DNA of 64,000 bases from an uncultured Chloroflexota bacterium (lineage in GTDB: Bacteria > Chloroflexota > Limnocylindria > Limnocylindrales > CSP1-4), in the NCBI GenBank assembly GCA_947085195.1, contig CAMTVM010000061.1, positions 10,969-74,968 of the forward strand, read 5' to 3'. The notes beneath the pieces were generated by a model that did not search any database, was not told where the DNA came from, and was given only the letters and a program-made list of their open reading frames with translations. A program made the position numbers and the translations under genes. Of this stretch, positions 22,317 through 31,268 are shown one piece after another; position 1 is the stretch's first letter, and every line of letters starts with the position of its first letter.

Positions 22317-24041
22317 TTGCGGGCGATGTCAGACCCTACGCCAGCCCTGCGGGATACCCCTGGACCGCCCGTGAGCGAGCCCGGTCGCGCCTCCGCCTCG
22401 CGCCTCCTCCTGCTCACGGCGATCTTTCCGGGCCTCGGCCACCTCGTTGCCGGGCGGCCGCGCTGGGCGGCCGTCCTCGGCCTCCCGCTGCTGGTCCTGC
22501 TGCTCGTGCTGGGCGGCGGGGCGGACCTCGCCGTCGCGACCGGGAGCACCACGTCGTTCGCGGCGCGCCTGTTCGACCCGGCCGTCCTGGGGGCGCTGCT
22601 CGCCCTCCAGGTCGTGGTGCTGCTGTGGCGTCTCGCGGCACTCGGGGCCGTGCGGTCCGTGGCCGCCCTCCGGCCCAGCCTGACCACCCTCATCGTCGGT
22701 CTCCTCGCGGTAGCCCTCGTCGTCGGGCCGCAGGTGTGGCTCGCGAACCTGACCCTGGACGCCCGCAGCGCGGCCCTGACGGTGTACGACCCCGTCGACT
22801 CCGGTGGAGCCTGGGTTCCGGACCAGACCCCGCCGCCGGTGGAGCCGAACGACCCCGACTTCGGCATCGACCCCTCGCCGTCGCCATCCGCATCGGCCGA
22901 GGCCTCCGCGTCGCCATCCCTCACGCCCGGGGTCCCGCGCGTCAACGTGCTGCTCATCGGCATGGACTCCGGTGCGGGCCGGAACACCGCCCTCACCGAC
23001 ACGATGATCGTCGCCTCGCTTGACCCGGTCGGAAAGACCGTGTCCATGGCGTCCATCCCGCGCGACCTGGTCGACGTGCCGCTGCCCGATGGGCGGATCT
23101 TCAAGGGCAAGATCAACGGCCTCGTCTCGTACGTGCGCTGGAACCCGGCCAAGTTCCCGGGCGCCCGGGACGGCCAGTCCGTGCTCGCCGCGGCGCTCGG
23201 TGGTCTCCTGGACCTTCGGATCGACATGTGGGCGCAGGTGAACATGGGTGGGTTCGTGTACCTCGTGGATTCCGTGGGTGGCGTGACGATCAACGTCACG
23301 GACGGCTTCTGCGACCCGGACTACGACGAATACGGGATCGACGGCTTCGGCGTGGCTCCCGGCCGCTACCACATGAACGGCAGTCAGGCGCTCGCCTACG
23401 CGCGGATTCGCAAGGCCGCGGGCGAGAGCGACTTCACCCGAGCCGCCCGCCAGCAGGAGGTCATCGCCGCGCTCCGGGACCGCATGGTGCAGGGCGCCTT
23501 CCTGGCCAACCCGGGCGACTTCCTGAAGTCGCTGGGCAGGACCATCTCGACCAACATCAAGCCCTCGTTCATCGCGGACTACATCGACATCGCCGCCTCG
23601 GTCGGGCGCAAGGACGTCTTCCGGGTGGTGATCAGGAGCCCGCTGGTGCGGAGCGGCTACGACCAGCGCGGGTCGATCCAGCTGCCGCAATACGAGAAGG
23701 TCAAGGCCATGGCGGCGGGGCTGTTCACGCCCACCGGGACGCGTCCCGAGGGTTTCGACACCATGCCGTCGGCAGGGTCGGGCAGCACGAAGAGGGCATC
23801 GTCCTCCTCGAACTGCGGGATCAGGCCCACGCCCAGGCCGACGCCCGGGCCAACCGCGACGCCGTCGGCCTCGCCTGCCGCCAGTCCCACGGCCGGCCCC
23901 ACCGGCACGCCAACCGCGCCACCGACGCCCGCACCCACGCCCCCGCCGACGCCAGCGCCCACGCCGACACTGGCGCCGACCCCAACACCCACGCCCACGC
24001 CAGCGCCCACGCCCATGCCCGCGGAATCCGTCGCGCCCTGA
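22317..24041 (+). CDS. LCP (LytR-CpsA-Psr) family cell-envelope glycopolymer ligase with Pro/Thr/Ala-rich tail
   Basis: N-terminal TM helices. [29 protein letters not shown]. The C-terminal ~70 aa is low-complexity PTPAPTP. Confidence 0.9.
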   Translation: MRAMSDPTPALRDTPGPPVSEPGRASASRLLLLTAIFPGLGHLVAGRPRWAAVLGLPLLVLLLVLGGGADLAVATGSTTSFAARLFDPAVLGALLALQVVVLLWRLAALGAVRSVAALRPSLTTLIVGLLAVALVVGPQVWLANLTLDARSAALTVYDPVDSGGAWVPDQTPPPVEPNDPDFGIDPSPSPSASAEASASPSLTPGVPRVNVLLIGMDSGAGRNTALTDTMIVASLDPVGKTVSMASIPRDLVDVPLPDGRIFKGKINGLVSYVRWNPAKFPGARDGQSVLAAALGGLLDLRIDMWAQVNMGGFVYLVDSVGGVTINVTDGFCDPDYDEYGIDGFGVAPGRYHMNGSQALAYARIRKAAGESDFTRAARQQEVIAALRDRMVQGAFLANPGDFLKSLGRTISTNIKPSFIADYIDIAASVGRKDVFRVVIRSPLVRSGYDQRGSIQLPQYEKVKAMAAGLFTPTGTRPEGFDTMPSAGSGSTKRASSSSNCGIRPTPRPTPGPTATPSASPAASPTAGPTGTPTAPPTPAPTPPPTPAPTPTLAPTPTPTPTPAPTPMPAESVAP

Positions 24042-24069
24042 CGCCCGTCCCTGCTCCGGCTGCGCGTGG

Positions 24070-24966
24070 TCAGAGGCTGGCGCTGCCTGCACCGATGAGG
24101 ACGATCGCGACCGCGGTGAGCCCGATCCCGAACACGTGGCTGCTCGTCACCCGCTCCCGCAGCACGGCGACGGCGAGCAGCACCGTGACGACCGGGTACA
24201 GCGAGGAGAGCACCGCGGCGATCGCCAGCTGGCCCGTCAGGACCGCGAGGATGAAGCACGCGTTCCCGGTCATGTCCAGGAGGCCGATCGCCACCAGCTT
24301 GGGCACGATCTCCCGCTCCATCCGCCAGGGCTGGCGCCAGGCAAGGATCAGGATCGTCAGGATCGTGACCTGGACCAGCCGGATCACGACGAGGGGGCCG
24401 AACGCCCCGGCGCCCGAGAACTGCCCGACGAAGACGTTGAACAGGCCGATCGCGATACCGGCCGTCAACGCCCACCTGATGCCGGACGGCCGGCCGCCGC
24501 CGTGACCGGGCGCGCGCGTCACCAGCACGACGGCAACCAGCGCGGCGACGATGCCGATGAGCACCGGGGTCGGCGGCACGCCCTCGGTGGCGAACCCGAC
24601 CGTGACCGGGATCACGGCGGCGAGGACGCCCGTCGTGGGCGCGACCACGCCCATCCTGCCGACGGCCAACCCACGGTAGAGCGATGTCATGCCGATGACC
24701 CCGGCCACGCCCGTCGCCGCGGCCCAGCCGAGGTCCGCGCCACGCGGCACGGGCTCCCCGCTGCCGGCGGCCATCGCCAGCGCCGCGACCATGCCCACGA
24801 CCTGGGTGAAGGCAACGACCGCGAGCAGCGGAGCCCGCCGGCTGAGCAGCCCCCCGCCGAAGTCTCCCGTGCCCCAGGTGACCGCCGAGGCGAGGCCGAG
24901 CAGGACGACCGACAGCCCCGGCCCCAGCTCAGGCAGGCGGCACCCCATCAGGCGCCGGGTGGGCAT
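24070..24966 (-). CDS. EamA/DMT family transporter
   Basis: 298 aa, about 10 TM helices. The start is uncertain because it overlaps the end of the upstream gene. Confidence 0.8.
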   Translation of the reverse strand: MPTRRLMGCRLPELGPGLSVVLLGLASAVTWGTGDFGGGLLSRRAPLLAVVAFTQVVGMVAALAMAAGSGEPVPRGADLGWAAATGVAGVIGMTSLYRGLAVGRMGVVAPTTGVLAAVIPVTVGFATEGVPPTPVLIGIVAALVAVVLVTRAPGHGGGRPSGIRWALTAGIAIGLFNVFVGQFSGAGAFGPLVVIRLVQVTILTILILAWRQPWRMEREIVPKLVAIGLLDMTGNACFILAVLTGQLAIAAVLSSLYPVVTVLLAVAVLRERVTSSHVFGIGLTAVAIVLIGAGSASL

Positions 24967-27115
24967 CCGCGGCGGTCGGGCCCGACAGCTGCACGACGCT
25001 GTCGGCCAGGTGGTCGTACCGGTCCGAGGTGGTCAGGTAGATGACCTGGAAGTCCACCGCCAGCTCCCGGAGCAGCTCCAGCGCCCGCGACGCCCGGGTG
25101 TCATCCAGGGTGACGAACGGGTCGTCCAGGATGAGCGGCGGACGCCGGTCCCCGGTGACCAGGCGCACGAGCCCGAGGCGGGCCGCGAGGTAGACGACGT
25201 CCAGGGTTCCCTGCGAAAGGTCCGTGACAGGGACCCAGTCGTCGCGTTCCGGGGCGAACACCTCGATGCCCAGGTTCGTGTCATCGACGCGGACCCGCCG
25301 GTACCGGCCGCCGGTGATGCGGGCGATGTCGGTGACCATGCTGCGCTCGAGGTAGCGGGTGGCCCGCTGCATCGTGGCCTGCTCCGCCGCGTTGATCTCG
25401 GCGAGCGTCCGGGTGTAGATCCGGTCCCGGCGCCGGAGGGCGGCGAGCTCTTCGGTCCACGAGGCGAGACGTTCGGCCAGGCCGGCGACCTCCTCGGCGT
25501 CGACGGGGTTCTGCTCCACGCGGGCACGCGCCGCGGCCTCGTCATCCCGGGCACGCTCGAAGGTGCGCTCGGTGTCCGCCACCTCGACCTCGAGGCGTTC
25601 GCGGGCCCGGGGCTCCCGGGCGATCGGCCCGAGGGCATCGAGCGCGGCCGTCTTCTGCTCGATCTCCAGCGCCGCCGCATCCCGTCGGCCGGGCAGGGTC
25701 TCGAGCGGCCCCTCTCCGACCAGGCCGCCCAGACGCGCCCGCTGCTGCTCGATCTCCGCGACGTGCGCCTCCTCCAGCCGAAGGCGCTCCTCGGCCTCCT
25801 CCGTGCCCGCCAGCTCCAGGCGGCCGAGCAGTTCCTCGCGCCCGGCGCGGACGCCGCGCAGCTCCAGCTCGATCTCGGATCGGCCGCGCAGGCGCCGGTT
25901 GACCTCCTCGTCCCGGAGCTGCTTCTGGGTCCTGTCACCGCGACGCAGCAACAGCCCGACCAGCGCCAGGATCACGCCGATCCCTGCGATCCCCCCGCCC
26001 ACGGCGGCCGGCAGGACCCCGAGGGTCAGGACGCCGAGGGCTTCGAGCACCGTCCCGGCCGCGGCGATGGCCACCCCCAGGAGGACCAGGCCGATGGCCG
26101 TACGGGAGAGCGGTCGCCAGCGGACCTCCGGTGCCACGTCGTAGCGGACCTGGACCTCGCCCTCGAGCAGCCCCTCGAGGGTGGCGATCTTCGTGTCGGC
26201 CGTGCGCAGGCGCTCCACGTCCGTCCGGAGGACCGCGAGCGGGATGGGCGAGGGATGCGTCCGCTCCAGCTCCGCCAGCTCGTCGCGCACGGTCACGGCA
26301 GTGCGGTACCGGTCGAAGCGCTCGCGGGCGGCGTCCCGGTCCGCGATCAGGCGCTCCGCCTGGCGGGCCTTCTCGAGCAGGGATCGGCGCTCGGTCAGCG
26401 CGGTCCCGGCCTCGGTCCGGCGCTCCTTTGCCAGCGCCAGCGCGTCCCGGTCGCGCTCCAGGCGGGCCAGCTCGTCCTCGCCCGCGCGGAGCTTCACCGC
26501 CGTGTCCGTGACGGCGTCCTCGGCCACCTTGAGCCGGCCGGGGTTCCTGACGCCCTTCGCCTGGAGCCCCGCGATGGCCCGGTCGAGCTTCTTGCGGGCC
26601 CGGCTGGTGCCACGGTCGGCGCCGCTGATCGACGCCTGGAGGCGGTCCCGCAGGGCGCCCTCGTCCCGCTGGAGGCCGGCGAGCTCGTGGTGGCGCACGG
26701 ACGCGGTGGACCGGAAGAAGCCCTCGGTGGGGACGCCGGAGAGGGCTGCCAGCTCCGCGTCCGCGCGAGCCGGATCCGTGATCACCTCGCTGCCCAGCTC
26801 CAGGCGGACCTGGCCTCGCGCGCCGCGGAACGACTTCTCCAAGCGGCCCTCGTGCGTGCCGCCGTCCTCGTCCTCGTAGGTGAAGGTCATGCCGATGACG
26901 GTCCGCGCGTCCGGTTCCCCGTCCCAGGGCGTCAGGCCTTCGATGTCGGCGGCGGCGCTGGTGACCTTGCGGGTCAGGGCGAGCTCGATCGCGCGCTGGA
27001 GCGTGGACTTGCCCGCCTCGTTGGGGCCGCGCACGACCGTCAGCCCGGGTGCGAGGTCAAGGTCCGCCTCCCGGTACCGGCGCAGGTCCCGCAGGGAGAG
27101 GTGCGTGATCCTCAC
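24929..27115 (-). CDS. SbcC/Rad50-like (YhaN-type) AAA ATPase with a central two-helix membrane hairpin
   Basis: N-terminal Walker A GPNEAGKST. Long Arg/Glu-rich coiled-coil segments. C-terminal LSQGT...LILDDPFVTLDD. I saw no Cys at all, so there is no CxxC zinc hook. A hydrophobic stretch at about aa 338-390 sits in the middle. Confidence 0.85.
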   Translation of the reverse strand: MRITHLSLRDLRRYREADLDLAPGLTVVRGPNEAGKSTLQRAIELALTRKVTSAAADIEGLTPWDGEPDARTVIGMTFTYEDEDGGTHEGRLEKSFRGARGQVRLELGSEVITDPARADAELAALSGVPTEGFFRSTASVRHHELAGLQRDEGALRDRLQASISGADRGTSRARKKLDRAIAGLQAKGVRNPGRLKVAEDAVTDTAVKLRAGEDELARLERDRDALALAKERRTEAGTALTERRSLLEKARQAERLIADRDAARERFDRYRTAVTVRDELAELERTHPSPIPLAVLRTDVERLRTADTKIATLEGLLEGEVQVRYDVAPEVRWRPLSRTAIGLVLLGVAIAAAGTVLEALGVLTLGVLPAAVGGGIAGIGVILALVGLLLRRGDRTQKQLRDEEVNRRLRGRSEIELELRGVRAGREELLGRLELAGTEEAEERLRLEEAHVAEIEQQRARLGGLVGEGPLETLPGRRDAAALEIEQKTAALDALGPIAREPRARERLEVEVADTERTFERARDDEAAARARVEQNPVDAEEVAGLAERLASWTEELAALRRRDRIYTRTLAEINAAEQATMQRATRYLERSMVTDIARITGGRYRRVRVDDTNLGIEVFAPERDDWVPVTDLSQGTLDVVYLAARLGLVRLVTGDRRPPLILDDPFVTLDDTRASRALELLRELAVDFQVIYLTTSDRYDHLADSVVQLSGPTAADAHPAPDGVPPA

Positions 27116-28287
27116 AGCGTCACCTCATGTCCCGCGAGCAGGAGACGGCCCAGCCTGAGAACGTCCCGCAGCTCCTCCGCCTCGCGGACCCCAAGGTCGT
27201 CCCCTGCGGCCTCCAGGTCCGCGATGCGCCCCTCCACGTTGCGGATGAAGGCGCCGGTTATGGTCTCGGTGGGCGGCAGTGCACCCTCGCTCAAGGCCGG
27301 GCGGCTGACGTCCCGGACGCGAACCCGCAGGAAGGCGCCACGGAGGGCGGCCTCCACCTCGGCCGGGTCCACGTCAAGATCGTCCGGCCGCACGCCGATG
27401 AGGCGCACGTCGAGCACCATGTCCGGGCTGGCGGAGGCCGTGAGCCGGGCGACCAGCGCCGGCTGGGACTCGATCGTGGCCGCGTCGAGGTCCAGGTGCT
27501 GGAACACCGTCCGTCCGACGGTTCGCTTGTCGGCGGTCACGATGCGGCGGCCGTCGCGCTCGTCCAGGGTGACGAGGAGCACCTTGCCCGCGCGGTCCTG
27601 GTCCACGGCCACGGGCTCCGGGGCACCAGCGTACGCGTAGGTGACCCCGCCGGCCTTCGCGACCTGGGCCGAGTGCCAGTGGCCGAGAGCGAGGTAGTCC
27701 AGGCCGCTGGCCGCGATCTCGTCCGTGGTGATGACGACCTCGTCGTGGTCCGTGCGGCCGGGAATGCTGAGGGCCGCGTGCAGCAGGCCGATCTTCCACG
27801 CGGCGGGCGGCGTCTCGACGGCGGCGAGGCCCCGCAGCGGGCTGTGCGGGGCGCGCTTGGTGGCGAACACGGGGCCGTGCACGACCACGTCGCAGGCCGC
27901 GAGGTGGATCCAGGGGCGCTCCGGCGTGAGGACCGTGACCAGCTCGTCCGCCGGCCGGGTGCCGGCGAGGACAGCGAGGTCGTAGGCGCGGTAGATCGAC
28001 GACCGATCGTAGACGTCGTGGGTGCCGGGGACGATCACGGTCCGGACGCGGGCCCCGGCCAGGCGGGCGATCTCGGCGGCCACGCGCTCCACGGAGCGGC
28101 GGGGCTGGGTGTTGGAGTCGAACAGGTCACCCGCGACGAGGAACAGGTCCACCTTCTCGGCGAGGGCCACGTCCACGCTGGCGCGGAACGCGGCGAACTG
28201 GCGCTCTCGCTGGGCGGCGGCGGCATCGCCGAGGTCGGTGTGACGCGCGCCGAGATGGACGTCCGCCGTGTGGAGGAGTCGCAGCAT
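27112..28287 (-). CDS. sbcD: SbcD/Mre11-like metallophosphoesterase nuclease subunit
   Basis: Start at MLRLLHTADVHLG. LVAGDLFD and GHWH motifs. ATGA overlap with the ATPase gene. Confidence 0.9.
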   Translation of the reverse strand: MLRLLHTADVHLGARHTDLGDAAAAQRERQFAAFRASVDVALAEKVDLFLVAGDLFDSNTQPRRSVERVAAEIARLAGARVRTVIVPGTHDVYDRSSIYRAYDLAVLAGTRPADELVTVLTPERPWIHLAACDVVVHGPVFATKRAPHSPLRGLAAVETPPAAWKIGLLHAALSIPGRTDHDEVVITTDEIAASGLDYLALGHWHSAQVAKAGGVTYAYAGAPEPVAVDQDRAGKVLLVTLDERDGRRIVTADKRTVGRTVFQHLDLDAATIESQPALVARLTASASPDMVLDVRLIGVRPDDLDVDPAEVEAALRGAFLRVRVRDVSRPALSEGALPPTETITGAFIRNVEGRIADLEAAGDDLGVREAEELRDVLRLGRLLLAGHEVTL

Positions 28288-28591
28288 GCGGTGGGCAACC
28301 TCCCTGTTCGATCCATCGAGGTCGGCCTGCCGGCCGGGTCCCGCGAGCAGCCGCTCCCTGCCCCTCCTGCCGCCTGACCAGGCACGGTCTGCGACAGCGC
28401 TCAAGGGCCGGGCCGGTCGCCCCCGGGACCCGGTTGCGACCCGGGCGCCCCCATCGCTCCCGGCTCGCACGGCCGAGTCTCGGGGGTCATTGTGACAGGT
28501 CGCGTGTCGCGATCGGGCCGTTGGCGGCGGGATTGTCTGTACACCAATCGGCAGCATTGCGGGCGGCCCAGGTGGCAGCCCTCGAAGCGGA

Positions 28592-28695
28592 CCGGCGAGC
28601 CGCCCGGCGAGCGCCCGGCGAGCCGCCCGTGCCCGGCGAGCCGCCCGTGCCCGCGCGACCCGCCCGTGCCCGCGCGACCCGCCCGTGCCCGCGCG
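28592..28695. repeat. Compound microsatellite-like array (11-19 bp units)
   Basis: ccggcgagccgc / ccggcgagcgc / ccggcgagccgcccgtgc x2 / ccgcgcgacccgcccgtgc x2. It runs directly into the end of MITE copy 2 (ccgcgcga|tttcac). Confidence 0.75.
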
Positions 28696-28896
28696 ATTTC
28701 ACTCCGAGTGAACAGCCCCCGCGTTTCAGGCCCAATCGCCCCTGTGCCGCGCCCCCCGGGCGCCGGGGTCCCGCAGCGGCCACGTACGAACGACCCGGCG
28801 GTGCGGGACCCGGGCGCCACCGGATGGCCCCCAGGGGGTCTCCACGACACGCCAGTCCCCGTGCCGTGGCCGTCCCTGTTCGCTGCTAGTGAACAT
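28696..28896. mobile_element. MITE/REPIN-like element, copy 2 (201 bp)
   Basis: Ends are atttcactccgagtgaacag (28696-28715) and ctgttcgctgctagtgaacat (28876-28896). Lies between the mrpE stop and the sbcD start. Confidence 0.55.
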
Positions 28897-28980
28897 CGGC
28901 CACGGTAGCGTCGATCGCCGTCTTGCTGGTGAGCAGGATCGCGTCGATGCCGTCGAAAACCGCATTGGCTGCCCCACCGT

Positions 28981-29496
28981 TCAGGCGCCGTCCGGCCCCG
29001 GGCCGAGCGGCGCCCCGAGTGCATCGGCGACGTGCTCCTCGAGACGGCGGATCCCTTGCTCAGCGCCAGGGACACGGAAGATCAGGTGGATTCGCAGGAC
29101 GTCGCCCGAGAGTCGGACGCTGAGCGTACCGGGAAGCAGGCTCACGCTGCTGACCAACAGGACGCGGCCGGCGCCCTCCGGGAGCCGGACGTGATAGTCG
29201 ACGAACCCCGGGTCGATCGGCAGCCGCGGGTCGAGCGCGCGTCGCGCCACGTCGATCCCACCGCGGATCGACTCGAGGATGAAGAACGCGATGAGACTCG
29301 CGACGCCGATCGGGCGCAAGCTGACAGTCTCGGCAGGCACGAGCCGGAGGCTGATCCCGGCTGCGGCGAGCACCGCCAGCACGGCCAGCGGCAGGCCGCT
29401 GAGGTCGCCCTCGGTCAGGATCAGCCAGAGAAGCGCGAACAGCGCCACGCGTCCCGGGACCGCGAGGACCGTGGACGGGACACGGGGGCTCCTCAT
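28981..29496 (-). CDS. mrpE: Mrp/Mnh antiporter subunit E
   Basis: The last 171 aa of ORF 28981..31221, starting at MRSPRV. LFALLWLILTEG and GTLSV are MnhE-like. Confidence 0.8.
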   Translation of the reverse strand: MRSPRVPSTVLAVPGRVALFALLWLILTEGDLSGLPLAVLAVLAAAGISLRLVPAETVSLRPIGVASLIAFFILESIRGGIDVARRALDPRLPIDPGFVDYHVRLPEGAGRVLLVSSVSLLPGTLSVRLSGDVLRIHLIFRVPGAEQGIRRLEEHVADALGAPLGPGPDGA

Positions 29497-31268
29497 GGCC
29501 GGACCAGCGCGACGAGAATGCCGAGCAGGACCGCGACAAAGACGACGCCTGCTGTCGTCCAGCTCGTCAGGCGCGCCTCGAGAGCGGCCAGTCGACCGGC
29601 CCACGTCTCCCGGACGAGGCGCACCGACCAGCGTGAGGTCGTGGTGGTGACCGGCCCGCCCGGGTCCGACCGCTCCGCGAGACGTCCGGGCCAGTACCGT
29701 CCGACCGCCCGCTCGACGGGGCTCAGCAGGTCGCCCGCCACGATGGGCGCGATCTCGCGGCCGGTCGCCCGCAGCAGCCACCTGCCGCCCCAGAACAGCA
29801 GCAGCCCAACGGCCACCGGCCATGCCGCGATCCACAGGCCCGCGGGATCGAGAGGATCCACGGGGATCCCGGTCCCCACATGGGCTGGGACGGCGAAGGT
29901 GGCGAGTGCAACCCCGGCCAACAACCCGACCCACGGTACGACGACCCCGGCCCTTGGCGCCGGCCGGCGCTCGCCGCCGCCGGCGGGGCCGTGGTGGCCG
30001 GCCTCGCCGGCGGCGGGCAGGATCGTCAGGACCCGCGTGACGAGCAGGGTCGTACCGATCGCGGCGATCGTCAGGAGAATGCCGAGCCAGGCCGTCCACG
30101 CCGAAGGTGCCAGGGCCACGGCATCCTTGAGGCCGAGCTTCGCCAGCGCGCCACTCGTGAACGGCGCACCGGCGAGAGCCAGCGCGGGCAGCGCCATCGC
30201 GGCCAGGAACAGCAGGTGCCGGCGTCCTGCCCGGACCGTCTCGGAGGCCACCCCGACGCCCAGGAAGAGCGCGCCCTTGGCGAGGCCATGGTGCAGGACG
30301 AGGAGGAGCGCCGCCAGTTGTGCCGCCGGCCACGCGGAGCGCTCGGCGAGACCCACCCCCACGGCGACCGTGAGAAGACCCATCTGGCTGATGCTCGAGT
30401 ACGCGAGGGCGATCTTGGGGTCGCGCTGGGTCACGCCGATGGCGACACCGGAGAACGCCGAGCCGAGGCCGACGACGATGAGCACGCCGCCCCAGACGCC
30501 CATGTCGGCCTCGCCGAGCGGCAGGAAGCGCAGCCAGCCGAGCAAGCCGGCCGCGATCATCGTGCCGCTCAGGACCGCGCTCGCCGGTGTTGGCGCCACC
30601 GGATGCGCGAGTGGCAGCCAGACATGAAGTGGGAGCACTCCGACCTTGATCCCGAAGCCGACCAGGAGGAGGGCGACAATCGCGTCGCGCGCCGGCGAGG
30701 CTGCCACCGCCGACGGAACGCCACCCAGTGCCAACGTCCCCGCGCTCCAGGCGATCAGGAGGAAGGCAGTCAGCACGAGCGCCTCTCCGATGACCGCCAT
30801 GACCAGGTAGATGCGCCCGGCCCGCATCGCCTCCGCGTGTCCGGCGTGGACGATCAGCGGATACGCGGCGAAGGTCATCAGCGCGAAGAACAGATAGAAG
30901 GACGGCAGGTCCTGGGCGAGGGTGATCCCGAGATTGCCGGTCATCGCCAGCATGAAGAACACGAAGAAGCGCGTCCGCCGGGGATCGCTGCCGAGATAGC
31001 TCCGAGCAAACAGGCCGGATGTCAGCCACAGGAACGCGGCGAGGAACAGGAAGACCTGGCCGGTCATGTCGAGCCCGAGCGTCGTTCCCAGCAGCAGCAA
31101 CGGGAAGGAGGCGAACGGTCCCGGGTCGGGGAGGAGCGCGACGACGAGCGCCGGCAGCGCAGCCCAGGGCGCAAGTCCCAGTGCGAGGCGACGGCCGCGT
31201 CCCGGAACCGCCAGCAGGCACGCCACGGCCACTGGGACCACGATCGGGAGCAGCATGAGCGCGCTCAT
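29493..31268 (-). CDS. NuoL/M/N-type proton-conducting subunit (MrpD/MrpA-like, 591 aa)
   Basis: Starts at MSALMLLPIV. GIKVGVLPLHVWLPLAHPVAPTPASAVLSG. ATGA overlaps at both ends. Confidence 0.85.
   Translation of the reverse strand: MSALMLLPIVVPVAVACLLAVPGRGRRLALGLAPWAALPALVVALLPDPGPFASFPLLLLGTTLGLDMTGQVFLFLAAFLWLTSGLFARSYLGSDPRRTRFFVFFMLAMTGNLGITLAQDLPSFYLFFALMTFAAYPLIVHAGHAEAMRAGRIYLVMAVIGEALVLTAFLLIAWSAGTLALGGVPSAVAASPARDAIVALLLVGFGIKVGVLPLHVWLPLAHPVAPTPASAVLSGTMIAAGLLGWLRFLPLGEADMGVWGGVLIVVGLGSAFSGVAIGVTQRDPKIALAYSSISQMGLLTVAVGVGLAERSAWPAAQLAALLLVLHHGLAKGALFLGVGVASETVRAGRRHLLFLAAMALPALALAGAPFTSGALAKLGLKDAVALAPSAWTAWLGILLTIAAIGTTLLVTRVLTILPAAGEAGHHGPAGGGERRPAPRAGVVVPWVGLLAGVALATFAVPAHVGTGIPVDPLDPAGLWIAAWPVAVGLLLFWGGRWLLRATGREIAPIVAGDLLSPVERAVGRYWPGRLAERSDPGGPVTTTTSRWSVRLVRETWAGRLAALEARLTSWTTAGVVFVAVLLGILVALVRP

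Noticed and set aside
23830-24041. Repetitive DNA at the 3' end of the LCP gene
   Set aside because: It is explained by a Pro/Thr/Ala-rich low-complexity linker or tail (PTPAPTP...), which is common in secreted actinobacterial proteins. It is not a separate element.
24689-27640. 983-aa plus-strand ORF
   Set aside because: It is antisense to the second EamA transporter gene (24070..24966), the SbcC-like gene and part of the SbcD-like gene, with no motifs. The same reasoning applies to 1239..3185, 2807..4900, 3264..5399, 19474..21126, 22329..24092, 47572..49551, 51918..53600, 53655..55133, 55353..57188 and 57905..59215.
28592-28695. CRISPR array (also considered for 53228..53283 and 43159..43271)
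   Set aside because: The repeats are head-to-tail with no unique spacers, the units are 11-46 bp, and no cas genes are present. These are plain tandem repeats.
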